Assembly: GCA_016872385.1 (NCBI GenBank)
Contig: VGZV01000007.1
Span: 735-64,734 of the forward strand
DNA: 64,000 nucleotides
Reading direction: 5' to 3'
From: SAR202 cluster bacterium
Lineage (GTDB): Bacteria; Chloroflexota; Dehalococcoidia; Lucifugimonadales; UBA3495
Below are positions 52,237 to 61,107 of the stretch, piece by piece (position 1 is the first letter of the stretch; the number at the start of each line of letters is the position of its first letter). The translations under genes were made by a program, and so were the position numbers. The notes beneath the pieces are model-generated. The model was given only the letters and a program-made list of their open reading frames with translations. It made no database searches and was not told the origin of the DNA.

Positions 52237-53040
52237 TTATCCCTGGCCCAGTTTGATGGATTTCAAATAGGCGGCGTTCACCGCCTCTACCACCGCGGCG
52301 GGGACGCCCCGATGCTCCAGCACTTGGAGGGCTTCGGCGGTGGTGCCGCCAGGGGAGACCACCATGTCCTTGAGTTCCGCCGGGTGTTTGCCGGAGTCCA
52401 TGACCAGCCGGATGCTGCCAAACACCGTCTGGAGGGCCAGGGTGCGGGCCATGTCCCGGGGCAGGCCGACGAAAACTCCGGAGTCAATCAGCGCCTCGAT
52501 GAACAGAAAGACGTAGGCCGGGCCGCTGGCGCTGAGGGCGGTGGCCATGTCCAGGTACTTTTCTTCGTCCACCCGGATTTCTTTGCCCACGGTGCCCAGG
52601 ATGGAGCGGGCCTCTTCCTGCCGCTGGGGAGAAACTTCTTTGGCGCACGTCCACAAGCTCATGCCGCAGCGGATTTGCGCCGGGGTGTTGGGCATGACCC
52701 GGATGATGGCGGGGTGGTTCAGTCCCTGGGCCAGGCTGGCCATTTTGGCTCCGGCAATTATGGACAATGCAGCTTGCCCAGGCCGCAGCTTGCCACCCAG
52801 TTGTTTATAGACCATGGGCAGGTCCTGGGGCTTGATGGCTAGAATTACCAGGTCGGAGTCCCGCGCGGCACCCAGGTTGTCCTGGCCTGCCAGCACGCCG
52901 TACTGTTTGGACAAGAACTGACAGCGGTCGGCGCGGGGTTCCCCCACGTGGATGTCCGCGGGCGCGGCCAGCTTGGCCGCCAGTACGCCGCCTAGAATGG
53001 CCTCCGCCATTGTCCCACCGCCAATAAACGCCAGCTTCAT
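52237..53040 (-). CDS. proC: Pyrroline-5-carboxylate reductase
   Basis: FIGGGTMA, AIKPQ, RVMPNTP, SGPAY, VSPGGTT. Confidence 0.96.
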   Translation of the reverse strand: MKLAFIGGGTMAEAILGGVLAAKLAAPADIHVGEPRADRCQFLSKQYGVLAGQDNLGAARDSDLVILAIKPQDLPMVYKQLGGKLRPGQAALSIIAGAKMASLAQGLNHPAIIRVMPNTPAQIRCGMSLWTCAKEVSPQRQEEARSILGTVGKEIRVDEEKYLDMATALSASGPAYVFLFIEALIDSGVFVGLPRDMARTLALQTVFGSIRLVMDSGKHPAELKDMVVSPGGTTAEALQVLEHRGVPAAVVEAVNAAYLKSIKLGQG

Positions 53041-53108
53041 AGTGCCAACCCCTCTGTCAGTGCCAGGCGTCCTCCGCCAACACCATTACTGCTCCCTCTC
53101 CCACAAGG

Positions 53109-53240
53109 GGCTTTGCCTCAAAAGTACCTTGCAGCGCCCTCGTCATTCCGTCGGAAGCCTGAATCCATATCTGGCAAAAGTCCCGTGGGGCCTGGACACC
53201 GGCTTTCGCCGGTGTGACGGTTGAGTTTTGAAACAAGGCC
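53109..53240. mobile_element. 132-bp MITE with GGCTTTG ends
   Basis: TIR GGCTTTGCCTCAAAA / TTTTGAAACAAGGCC; flanks CCCACAAGG / CCCCCAAGG; interior related to 48293 copy. Confidence 0.8.
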
Positions 53241-53279
53241 CCCCCAAGGGGGGAGGAGACTCGGTTCTTCACGGTCTGC

Positions 53280-54296
53280 TCAGAAATCTGCCAGGCCGTT
53301 GCCTTTGGCCAGGGCCACCGCCAGCCGGATAGCCTCCAGCATACTGGTGGCGTCGGCCACGCCCTTGCCGGCAATGTCGAAAGCCGTGCCGTGGTCTACC
53401 GAGGTTCGCACAAAGGGCAACCCCAGGTTGGCGGTGATGCTTTCCTCAAAGCCGTACACCTTCACCGGGATGTGGCCCTGGTCGTGGAACATGGCCAGCA
53501 CCGCGTCGTAACGGCCCTGGATGGCCTGGTGAAATATGATGTCCGCGGGCACCGGCCCAACCGCCTTGATGCCCCTCTGCTGGGCCTCCGCCACCGCCGG
53601 GGCAATCTCCTGGGCTTCCTCATGCCCCAGCAGGCCGCCGTCGCTGCCGTGGGGGTTCAGCGCCGCCACGCCGATGCGGGGCTGGGGAAAGCCCCACCGC
53701 ACAAAATTGTCGTGGGTGATTTGCAGGTAGTCCAGGATGCGGCCTTTCTTGACATAATCGCAGGCCACACGCAGGGAGCGGTGGGTGGTCAGGTGCACCA
53801 CCCGCAGGTTCTTGGCCAGCAGCATGGTAGCCACCGTCTTGGCCCCGGTCATCTCCTGGAGCAGCTCCATGTGGCCGATGGACTGGTACCCCGCCAGGCT
53901 GGCCGCCTCCTTGTTCAGGGGGGCCGTCGCCAGACCGTTAACGGTGCCCGCCATGGCCAATTCCCCGGCGCGGGTGACCCACTCCATAGCGGCCTTGCCA
54001 CAGGCCGGGCTAATTTGGCCCACGGTGATGTCCTCTGGGTTCAGGTTGCCGATGTCCACCACGTCCACAATTTTGGGGTCCAGGCCGGCAGCCGAGGGTT
54101 CGTTAGTCTCCCGAATGCGCAGGGGCAGGCCGGTAAGCCGCACCGCCTGCTGCATGGCGTAGGTGTTGCCCACCACCACGGGGCGGCAGGAGGAGTAGAC
54201 GCGGGGGTCGGCCAGGGCCTTGACCACCACCTCCGGCCCGATGCCGCAGGGGTCGCCCATAGTTATGGCGATGGCGGGTTTTTCGTTGCTGGGCAT
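53280..54296 (-). CDS. pdxA: PdxA-family dehydrogenase
   Basis: MGDPCGIGPE, TAPLNK, LNPH, FHDQGHIPVK, RTSVDHGTAFDIAG. Confidence 0.92.
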   Translation of the reverse strand: MPSNEKPAIAITMGDPCGIGPEVVVKALADPRVYSSCRPVVVGNTYAMQQAVRLTGLPLRIRETNEPSAAGLDPKIVDVVDIGNLNPEDITVGQISPACGKAAMEWVTRAGELAMAGTVNGLATAPLNKEAASLAGYQSIGHMELLQEMTGAKTVATMLLAKNLRVVHLTTHRSLRVACDYVKKGRILDYLQITHDNFVRWGFPQPRIGVAALNPHGSDGGLLGHEEAQEIAPAVAEAQQRGIKAVGPVPADIIFHQAIQGRYDAVLAMFHDQGHIPVKVYGFEESITANLGLPFVRTSVDHGTAFDIAGKGVADATSMLEAIRLAVALAKGNGLADF

Positions 54297-54572
54297 GGAC
54301 TGCGCCTCCCAAGTGGACTGCTTGGATTATAGCACGGGGCCGGAATACGGTAGCAGCCGGATGGGAGATTAGCAGGGTTGTTTCGCTCTCGGCCTCGCTG
54401 TAGGGGCGCACCTGCGTGTGCGCCCAGGGTAGACCTTGGTCCGAGGGCAGACGTCCTTCGGTTGCCTCAGGGCAAGCTCCGGTCTTCCCCTACCCGCGCC
54501 GAGAATGAAACGACCCTGGGGGGATTAGGGCATTTTTATAAGTAAATCCCCCAATCCCCAAATCCCGGCAGG

Positions 54573-54824
54573 CTACCTGGTCCAGGGATAGGCCTTGCCG
54601 CAGTTGTGGCAGTAGCTGGGCCGGTTGTACTGGGCGCGGGCGGCGGCTAGGGAGTCGTGGAACAGGCCGCGGATGGGCGCGGTGCAGGTTTGGCAGGCGG
54701 TGATGGCAGCCTTGCCGCACTGGTCGCAGAAGCGCTGGTTGTGGGCCGGGCTGCCCACGGACATGGGGTTGATGACGTGCCCGCCCAGGCAGATTTGTGC
54801 TGTGTCGTACCAGGTCTCGCGCAT
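54573..54824 (-). CDS. Short DUF2321-like zinc-ribbon protein
   Basis: YDTAQICLGGH, FCDQCG, CQTC..PIRG, PSYCHNCGKAYPWT; AGGAG RBS. Confidence 0.75.
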   Translation of the reverse strand: MRETWYDTAQICLGGHVINPMSVGSPAHNQRFCDQCGKAAITACQTCTAPIRGLFHDSLAAARAQYNRPSYCHNCGKAYPWTR

Positions 54825-54836
54825 AAGGCTCCTGGC

Positions 54837-54900
54837 TATCAGCTTTCAGTAATCAGCAGTCAGCCGAAGTCCTAAAGCTGAGGGCTAATGGCTGATTGCT
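54837..54900. repeat. Inverted 7-mer periodic repeat
   Basis: TATCAGC TTTCAGT AATCAGC AGTCAGC ... GCTGAGG GCTAATG GCTGATT. Confidence 0.75.
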
Positions 54901-54906
54901 TACCTG

Positions 54907-55240
54907 AATTTTAGCATAGGAGGCGGGCTTAACCCCAGAGTGAGAGGAGCTGTACCAGGAGGTTGAGGGGTTATTTGGCAGCAACGAATCCCTGCTTCAT
55001 TTAAATGGCGCGGGGTGAACCCTTGTCACCCTGAGTCCCGATTGCATCGGGCCTCAGAGTGACAGGGGGCTGTGTCCTATTGCTTGCGTGGATTGTAGCA
55101 CGGGCGACGGGGCTAACCCCAGGGCAAGTATAACCTCAGCGGGATAAGAAATCCCCCCTTCGCCCCCCTTTCGCAAAGGGGGTTGGGGGGATTTGTCCTC
55201 ACGCACAATCGCAGCACAAGGGGCGGGGCTAACCCTGGGA
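54907..55240. repeat. Three gap-free 34-bp direct repeats, promoter-like on the minus strand
   Basis: Copies at 54907-54940, 55091-55124, 55207-55240 sharing AGCA-N7-CGGG(G/C)(C/T)TAACCC. Confidence 0.7.
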
Positions 55241-55241
55241 C

Positions 55242-55269
55242 AAAGAAAACCCCCGCGCAGGGCGGGGGA
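55242..55269 (-). terminator. Intrinsic terminator after the nrdJ-HEPN unit
   Basis: Minus strand CCCCCGC-CCTGC-GCGGGGG followed by TTTTCTTT. Confidence 0.7.
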
Positions 55270-55308
55270 TAAACTGGCAAGGCCGCATTTTAGGTGATTG
55301 TGCGACAA

Positions 55309-56163
55309 CTAGAAAATGGTACTGATAATCTGCTTCGTCCCGGAGATCAGTCCTACGACTTCATCATACGTAGGTTCGCGCTCCTTTCCGTGAACGCAAA
55401 GATTTCTAACGTCACCCAGCAGTTGAATGTGGCGCCAAACGGGTACATCAATCACACTTGCGGTCTTCAAGGCTTCATTGATGTCCGAAATAGTCGGCGA
55501 TTTTTTCGCCAGTTTGATCGAGTGATTAATTGAGACGCGGACGAGATGAGTTTCCAGAGCTACGCCAGCAAGCGCGCCAGCCGCCCGCAGGTGCTTCTTC
55601 TTGAGAAGATCATCCGCAGCCTCAAGCTCGTTACGAAACATTTCCGATTGGAGCACGCTCTCAACTTCCGCGAGAAGTGAGTCGATTCGATCAGACGCGG
55701 AATGCAGGATCGTCAGCTGATTCTGAAACTTCGCCGCGAAGGCGGTGAATGGGTGTACCACCTCCTCTTTTTGATAGCCTCTAGTCACCGTGATCCCCAG
55801 AAGGTAATCGCTGACGGTGTACGTCAGAAAATCGATTTGCTTCTCCTTGCGTTTATCAAGCTTGTACTGCTCCTGGAACTCGGTGTACCGTTCTGGAAGG
55901 AGTTGGCGCACCACGGGCAAGGCTTTCGAGTACCATGATTGGTACCGCATATGAATCGGCACATGCTGGGTCTCGGGCTCGGCTGTACTTCGTTTGGTCT
56001 TACGTCCCTTAGTGGACTGCTGGTTCTTGTCCTCGTCAAAGAAAATAGCAACTCCTTCTTGGTACAGTCCAGCGAGTTCCCTTTTCAATTTTGCTTTGAT
56101 TTCTTCCACGAGACCGCCTGTGTTTCGTCCAGTTGAACTGTGCAGCAGGGATAGGGACATCAT
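55309..56163 (-). CDS. HEPN-like (DUF4145-like) domain protein
   Basis: RAAGALAGVALETHL and C-terminal RNLCVH (RxxxxH); visibly more AT-rich than neighbours; GGAGG RBS right after the nrdJ stop. Confidence 0.75.
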   Translation of the reverse strand: MMSLSLLHSSTGRNTGGLVEEIKAKLKRELAGLYQEGVAIFFDEDKNQQSTKGRKTKRSTAEPETQHVPIHMRYQSWYSKALPVVRQLLPERYTEFQEQYKLDKRKEKQIDFLTYTVSDYLLGITVTRGYQKEEVVHPFTAFAAKFQNQLTILHSASDRIDSLLAEVESVLQSEMFRNELEAADDLLKKKHLRAAGALAGVALETHLVRVSINHSIKLAKKSPTISDINEALKTASVIDVPVWRHIQLLGDVRNLCVHGKEREPTYDEVVGLISGTKQIISTIF

Positions 56164-56173
56164 GCCCTCCCCC

Positions 56174-58615
56174 CTACTCGCACTTGTTCCAGCCGCAGGA
56201 CATGCACATCAGGCAGCCCTCCTGGAACACCATCTGCCCGTTGCAGTCGGGGCACTTGCGGGTTACGGCCTGGCTGCTGCTGTGGCCGTTGCCGTTCCCG
56301 TTCCCGTTGCCATGCTTCATGGGCATCATGGCCGGGGCTGGGCCGGGGGTGAGCTTTAGCTGCACCGCGGCGTCAGCCACGGGCAGGGCGCTGGCGGCGC
56401 TTTCCTGGGTCAGGTGGCGCTCCAGGGCTAGGGCCACCGCGTCGGGGCCGGAGCGCACCAGCACGCCGTTGTCCCAGGCCGGGCAGCAGGTGATGCCCCG
56501 CAGCTGCTCCGTCAGGGAGCGGGGGTCAATGCCGGAGCGCAAGGCCAGGGACACCAGGCGGGAAATGGCCTCCAGCTGGGCCGAATCGCAGCCGCCGGCC
56601 TTGCCCAGGGTGGTGAACACCTCAAAGGGCGTGCCTTCGTCGTCAAAGTTGATGGTGACGTACATGTTGCCGTGGCCGGTGCGCACCCGCTCGGTGACGC
56701 CCCGCACCGTGGTGGGCCGCGGCCTGGGCGTGCGGTACAACTCCACGGGCGCGGCCACGGCCACCGCGGTCTCAGCCTCGGCGTGCTTGCCCGTCTCGCC
56801 GGTGCTCAGCACCTGGCCGGCTTTGCTGCCATCCCGATAGACCGTAATGCCCTTGCAACCCGTCTGGTAGGCCAGCATGTAGGCATTGGCGATGTCGGCC
56901 ACCGTGGCGTCGTGGGGGAAGTTGATGGTCTTGGACACCGAGTTGTCGGTGTGGCGCTGGAAGGCGGCCTGCATCCGCACGTGCCATTCCGGGTTAATGT
57001 CGTGGGAGACGCGGAACACCTCCTTGACCCAGGGCGGCACTTCCAGGGATTCCAGGCTGCCCTTTTCCGCCAACTGTTGCATCAACTCGTCACTATAGAA
57101 CCCCTCGTGCTTGGCCACCGCCTCAAAATAGGGGTGGACCTCCACCAGGCGGGTGTTGTCCATGACGTTGCGCACGTAGGACAGGGCAAAGAGGGGTTCA
57201 ATGCCGCTGGAAGCCCCGGCGATGATGCTGATGGTGCCCGTGGGGGCGATGGTGATGGGCGCCGAGTTGCGCATGGGCCCCAGGCCGCCGGGCTGATTGT
57301 AGATGCTGCCCTCCCAGGAGGGGAAGGTGCCCCGGCTCCTGGACAGTTCGGCGGAGGCTTTGTAGGACTCCTCCTGGATTCTCCTCATGCACTCTTCGCC
57401 CACCGCCAGAGCCTCTTCCGAGTCGTAGCGGATACCCAGTTGCAGCAGCAGGTCGGCGAAGCCCATGACCCCTACGCCGATGCGCCGCGTGGTGCGGCTC
57501 ATGTCGGCAATTTCCTGGATGGGGTACTCGTTCATGTCAATGACGTTGTCCAGCAAGTGCACCGCGGTGCGGATGGCGCGGGCCAGCCGCTCCCAATCCA
57601 TCTCCACCTTATCTGACTCGTAGCGCACCATGCGGGCCAGGTTCAGCGACCCCAGGTTGCACGACTCGTAGGGCAGCAGGGGCTGCTCGCCGCAGGGGTT
57701 GGTGCTTTCGATGCGGCCCAGCTGCGGGTTGGGGTTGTCCCGGTTGATGCGGTCCAGGAACACGATGCCGGGGTCGCCTGTCTTCCAGGCCATGTCGGCG
57801 ATGAGGTCAAAGACTTCTTTGGCGTTGAGCTGGCCCGTCACCTGGCCGGTGCGGGGGTTGACCAGGTTGTAGTCCTGGCCCGCCAGCGCCTTCTCCATGA
57901 ACTCCTCGGTGACGGCCACGGAGATGTTGAAGTTCACCAGTTGCTGGCCGTTCTCCTTGGAGCGGATGAACCTGACGATGTCCGGGTGGTCCACGTTGAG
58001 GATGCCCATGTTGGCCCCGCGGCGGGTGCCGCCCTGCTTCACCACGTCGGTGGCGGTGTCAAAGGCGCGGATGAAGCTGACCGGGCCGGAGGCCACGCCG
58101 CCGGTGGAGCCTACCACGTCGCCCTCAGGCCGCAGGCGGCTGAAGGAGAAGCCTGTGCCGCCGCCGCTCTTGTGAATCAGGGCGGTCTGCTTGACCCGGC
58201 TAAAGATGGCGTCCAGGGAGTCCTCCACGGGCAAAACAAAACAGGCGGAAAGCTGTTGCAGCTCCCGCCCGGCGTTCATCAGAGTGGGGGAGTTGGGCAA
58301 AAAGTCCAGGCTGCGCATTAGCGTAAAGAACTCATCCTCGGTGGCCTTGCGCTGCTGCTCCGAGGCGCCGTAGTAGCGGTCGGCCTGGGACAGGTTGTGG
58401 GCCACCCGGCGGAACAGCCCCTCCGCGTCCTCCAGCACGTTGCCCTCCCGGTCCTTGGACAGGTAGCGGCGCTGGAGCACCACCCGGGAGTTTTCTGTAA
58501 AGTCAGGCACGGCGCTGGCCGCCTGCCCGGCGACGCTGGCCTCCGCCAGCGCGTCTTTGATGCGGCGGCGGGTGCCCTGGATGGAAGTGTGTTGACTCTG
58601 ATGCGCTATAGCCAT
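56174..58615 (-). CDS. nrdJ: Class II (B12-dependent) ribonucleotide reductase with C-terminal TSCPD-like/zinc-ribbon region
   Basis: PNSPTLMNAG, QLSACFV, QGGTRRGANM, TNPCGEQPL, CNLGS, APTGTIS, KGITVYRDGS; no intein seen. Confidence 0.96.
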   Translation of the reverse strand: MAIAHQSQHTSIQGTRRRIKDALAEASVAGQAASAVPDFTENSRVVLQRRYLSKDREGNVLEDAEGLFRRVAHNLSQADRYYGASEQQRKATEDEFFTLMRSLDFLPNSPTLMNAGRELQQLSACFVLPVEDSLDAIFSRVKQTALIHKSGGGTGFSFSRLRPEGDVVGSTGGVASGPVSFIRAFDTATDVVKQGGTRRGANMGILNVDHPDIVRFIRSKENGQQLVNFNISVAVTEEFMEKALAGQDYNLVNPRTGQVTGQLNAKEVFDLIADMAWKTGDPGIVFLDRINRDNPNPQLGRIESTNPCGEQPLLPYESCNLGSLNLARMVRYESDKVEMDWERLARAIRTAVHLLDNVIDMNEYPIQEIADMSRTTRRIGVGVMGFADLLLQLGIRYDSEEALAVGEECMRRIQEESYKASAELSRSRGTFPSWEGSIYNQPGGLGPMRNSAPITIAPTGTISIIAGASSGIEPLFALSYVRNVMDNTRLVEVHPYFEAVAKHEGFYSDELMQQLAEKGSLESLEVPPWVKEVFRVSHDINPEWHVRMQAAFQRHTDNSVSKTINFPHDATVADIANAYMLAYQTGCKGITVYRDGSKAGQVLSTGETGKHAEAETAVAVAAPVELYRTPRPRPTTVRGVTERVRTGHGNMYVTINFDDEGTPFEVFTTLGKAGGCDSAQLEAISRLVSLALRSGIDPRSLTEQLRGITCCPAWDNGVLVRSGPDAVALALERHLTQESAASALPVADAAVQLKLTPGPAPAMMPMKHGNGNGNGNGHSSSQAVTRKCPDCNGQMVFQEGCLMCMSCGWNKCE

Positions 58616-58778
58616 GATGGGACTCCCCTTTGTTTTCACTACCCCGGCGTCCAAGGAACCCTCGGAAGCCATTTGAGCCTGTTAATGGAACCGTAGGGGC
58701 GTCCCGACAGGTCGGGACGCGCCCTGGATTCCTGTGCCGAGGGCAGACACATAGGTCTGCCCCTACTGTTAGATTTTC

Positions 58779-58994
58779 TTACCCTTGCCGCAGGTTTTCC
58801 AGCACCACCTCTGGCGCTTCCCTGGCGAACCCCAGATGCTCCGAAGCATCCAGCACTTCAATGCCGATTACTTCTTCCCCGGGCCCCAGGTCAATGGCCA
58901 CGTCCTCATTAATGCGGATGGTGGTCACCTGCCCGGACCCTTTCTTGAAGGAGATGTAAAGGGCGTCAACATCGGAATCGTACCGCAGCTTCAT
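58779..58994 (-). CDS. DUF2283 family protein
   Basis: MKLRYDSDVDALYI, IGIEVLDAS. Confidence 0.88.
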   Translation of the reverse strand: MKLRYDSDVDALYISFKKGSGQVTTIRINEDVAIDLGPGEEVIGIEVLDASEHLGFAREAPEVVLENLRQG

Positions 58995-59006
58995 GCTGTT
59001 GCAAGC

Positions 59007-59168
59007 CTAAGGGATGCCAAGCAATACTGCCCCAATAAACACCATCACGGCTCCGGGGCTGCCGGCGATCCAGCCCCAATGGTTCTTTACAACGAGTGTA
59101 CCCCCGCCACCGATTACAATGGCCCAAACTAAGCCAAACGCTACCAAATGCGCGCCAATGGACTGCAT
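59007..59168 (-). CDS. Small two-helix membrane protein
   Basis: GGAGG RBS before MQSIGAHL; two hydrophobic segments. Confidence 0.55.
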   Translation of the reverse strand: MQSIGAHLVAFGLVWAIVIGGGGTLVVKNHWGWIAGSPGAVMVFIGAVLLGIP

Positions 59169-59197
59169 ATTTTCCCTCCAGTATCTAGGCCTTAGAC

Positions 59198-59443
59198 TTA
59201 AATGCTGGTCCGAGGATTCTTCCACAAAGCCACCACCGGCTTAACACCCCATGCGCTACAAGAGCGTGTTCTGGCAAATACCACGATGTTAGATGGACCA
59301 TCAGGGTTATTCGACGTGCCTGAGAACAAACCCATTAAGTCCCACCCCAGTATGGCTGCGCCCTGGCTCGTCGAGCGAATATGCGAAAGGTTTTCGATAT
59401 CTATCTCTATTGCGCCAATGGGTATACGCAAATGTTTATCCAT
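59198..59443 (-). CDS. Hypothetical small protein
   Basis: AGGTGG upstream of ATG; no family recognised. Confidence 0.35.
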   Translation of the reverse strand: MDKHLRIPIGAIEIDIENLSHIRSTSQGAAILGWDLMGLFSGTSNNPDGPSNIVVFARTRSCSAWGVKPVVALWKNPRTSI

Positions 59444-59650
59444 TTTCTACCACCTTTCCTACCCAAATGTCCCTGCCCCTCTGTCAGCAATGGCTTACGT
59501 GAGAAATATCCCTCGTGTCTCCCGCTCATCCTGAGCTTGTCGAAGGATGGGCGGGTTCCGGGCTGATGATGGTTCGACAATCCTTCGGCTTCGCTCAGGA
59601 CATGGCTCACCATGAGCGGATTTCCCACATATCCTCTGGTGGTCGCGCCC

Positions 59651-59893
59651 CTACTCCTCCCGCGCGTCGGGCATCCCCAGCCAGCAGGTGACGATGCTGG
59701 CCCGGGTCTCCCGGTCAATCTTGTCCTGGAGCCTGGCCACCCGGCCCAGGGCCACCACCTCAAACCACGCCTCCTCCGGGTAGTCGCCCAGGGGCACCAC
59801 CACCTGGCCCAGCTCCTGCTGCAAGTCGTGGATGCGGTTGTTCAGGTCCAGCATCCGGGCAAAGGCGGCGTACTGAGTAGCACTGTTCATCAT
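59651..59893 (-). CDS. Hypothetical small helical protein
   Basis: Starts just after the nrdR stop with AAGGAG RBS; host-like codon usage. Confidence 0.6.
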   Translation of the reverse strand: MMNSATQYAAFARMLDLNNRIHDLQQELGQVVVPLGDYPEEAWFEVVALGRVARLQDKIDRETRASIVTCWLGMPDAREE

Positions 59894-59895
59894 TA

Positions 59896-60510
59896 CTATT
59901 CCAAATCTCCTTGAAGGTTATTGGGAAGGTTGTTGGCGCCGGAATGGCCGTCCGGAGCCGGGTTCCTGGGCTGGCGCCGGGCCAGCTGGCGCAGGTTGCG
60001 CCGCCGGGGCCGCCGGGCCTGGCCGGGTGTTAGCTGGGGCAGAGCTAGTTGCGAACTGGCTTCTTTGGCCTCTTTCAGGTCCTTGACGGCCTGCTCAAAA
60101 CTTTCGATGTCCTGGAAGTCCCGGTACACGCTGGCGTAGCGAATGTAGGCCACCCGGTCCAGGCTGCGCAGCCGTTCCATCACCATCTCGCCGATGACCG
60201 TGGCGGGGACCTCCGCCCGGCCCAGGTGCTGCAACTCCGCTTCAATGTCCTCCACCATCTTTTCAATGGTGCGGGAGTCCACGGGACGCTTGGCGCAGGC
60301 CTTGCGGATGCCGGTGATAAGCTTTTCCCGGTTAAATTCCTCCCGGCGGTTGTCCCTTTTGGATACCATCAATGCGGATGACTGGATCCGCTCGTAGGTA
60401 GTGAACCGTACCCCGCAGCTATGGCATTCCCGGCGGCGGCGGATACCCTCTTCCACTTCCCGGGAGTCTGTCACCCTGGAGTCTGAATGGCTGCAATGAG
60501 GACACCGCAT
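59896..60510 (-). CDS. nrdR: Transcriptional repressor NrdR
   Basis: MRCPHC, DSR, IRRRRECHSC..RFTTYE, ATP cone, VAYIRYASVY. Confidence 0.97.
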   Translation of the reverse strand: MRCPHCSHSDSRVTDSREVEEGIRRRRECHSCGVRFTTYERIQSSALMVSKRDNRREEFNREKLITGIRKACAKRPVDSRTIEKMVEDIEAELQHLGRAEVPATVIGEMVMERLRSLDRVAYIRYASVYRDFQDIESFEQAVKDLKEAKEASSQLALPQLTPGQARRPRRRNLRQLARRQPRNPAPDGHSGANNLPNNLQGDLE

Positions 60511-60527
60511 CTACCGCACCCCGGTTG

Positions 60528-60845
60528 TTAGAAAAAATTTTAGAAAATTTTAAGAAATACCACTGGCTGTATTGGCTGGGCCAACACACTACAATTTGCG
60601 GTAGGCGAATTCTACGAGTGTTGTCACCGTAAAGTCAAGACCAGAGTGACAATTGTCAGAAAAACCAAGGAAATCCCCAGAAAATCTTAGAAACAATTTT
60701 AGAAAATTTTAAGAGATACCACTGGCTGTATTGGCTGGGCCAACACACTACAATTTGTGGTAGGCGAATTCTACGAGTGTTGTCACCGTAAAGTCAAGAC
60801 CAGAGTGACAATTGTCAGAAAAGCCAAGGAAATCCCCAGAAAATC
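60528..60845. repeat. Tandem 159-bp duplication of the nrdR promoter region
   Basis: Copies 60528-60686 and 60687-60845 with 4 substitutions. Confidence 0.95.
60586..60638 (-). promoter_or_regulatory. Promoter with NrdR box (second copy at +159)
   Basis: Minus strand TTGACT-18-TAGAAT; ACACTACAATTTGCGG (60586-60601) resembles consensus acaCwAtATaTwGtgt. Confidence 0.7.
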
Positions 60846-60847
60846 AT

Positions 60848-60879
60848 TGAGGCCACCCCCTGGGAAGAGGGTGGCCTCA
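60848..60879. terminator. Strong hairpin, possible terminator
   Basis: TGAGGCCACCC / GGGTGGCCTCA 11-bp stem. Confidence 0.55.
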
Positions 60880-61107
60880 CGCAGATTCTCGGCGCCGAAT
60901 GGTTCAGCTTCCTTAATAAATAGGACTACTGCTGGCTGGCCTCCGAGAACAAATCTCTAAATGTTGAGGGGCATTATGGCCCCGATTCTCACCGGCTGGA
61001 GCCGGTGGAGTTTGCTTTTAGTATGGTTTTTCCGCCCGTGGCTTGGGCCAATTACTAACTTCTAAGCCTTCGCCGCGGGCGGGCTACGTCCATGAAAGGG
61101 ATTGGGT

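Noticed and set aside
54907-55240. CRISPR array
   Set aside because: Only three degenerate repeats, spacers of 150 and 82 bp, and no cas genes. The 159-bp duplication has no spacers either.
56280-56312. GNGNGNG low-complexity repeat in nrdJ as a phase-variable tract
   Set aside because: In-frame, codon-varied linker before the terminal zinc ribbon.
60885-60950. SRP (4.5S) RNA
   Set aside because: AAGGAAGCTG resembles the SRP motif, but the GNRA tetraloop and CAGG strand are absent.
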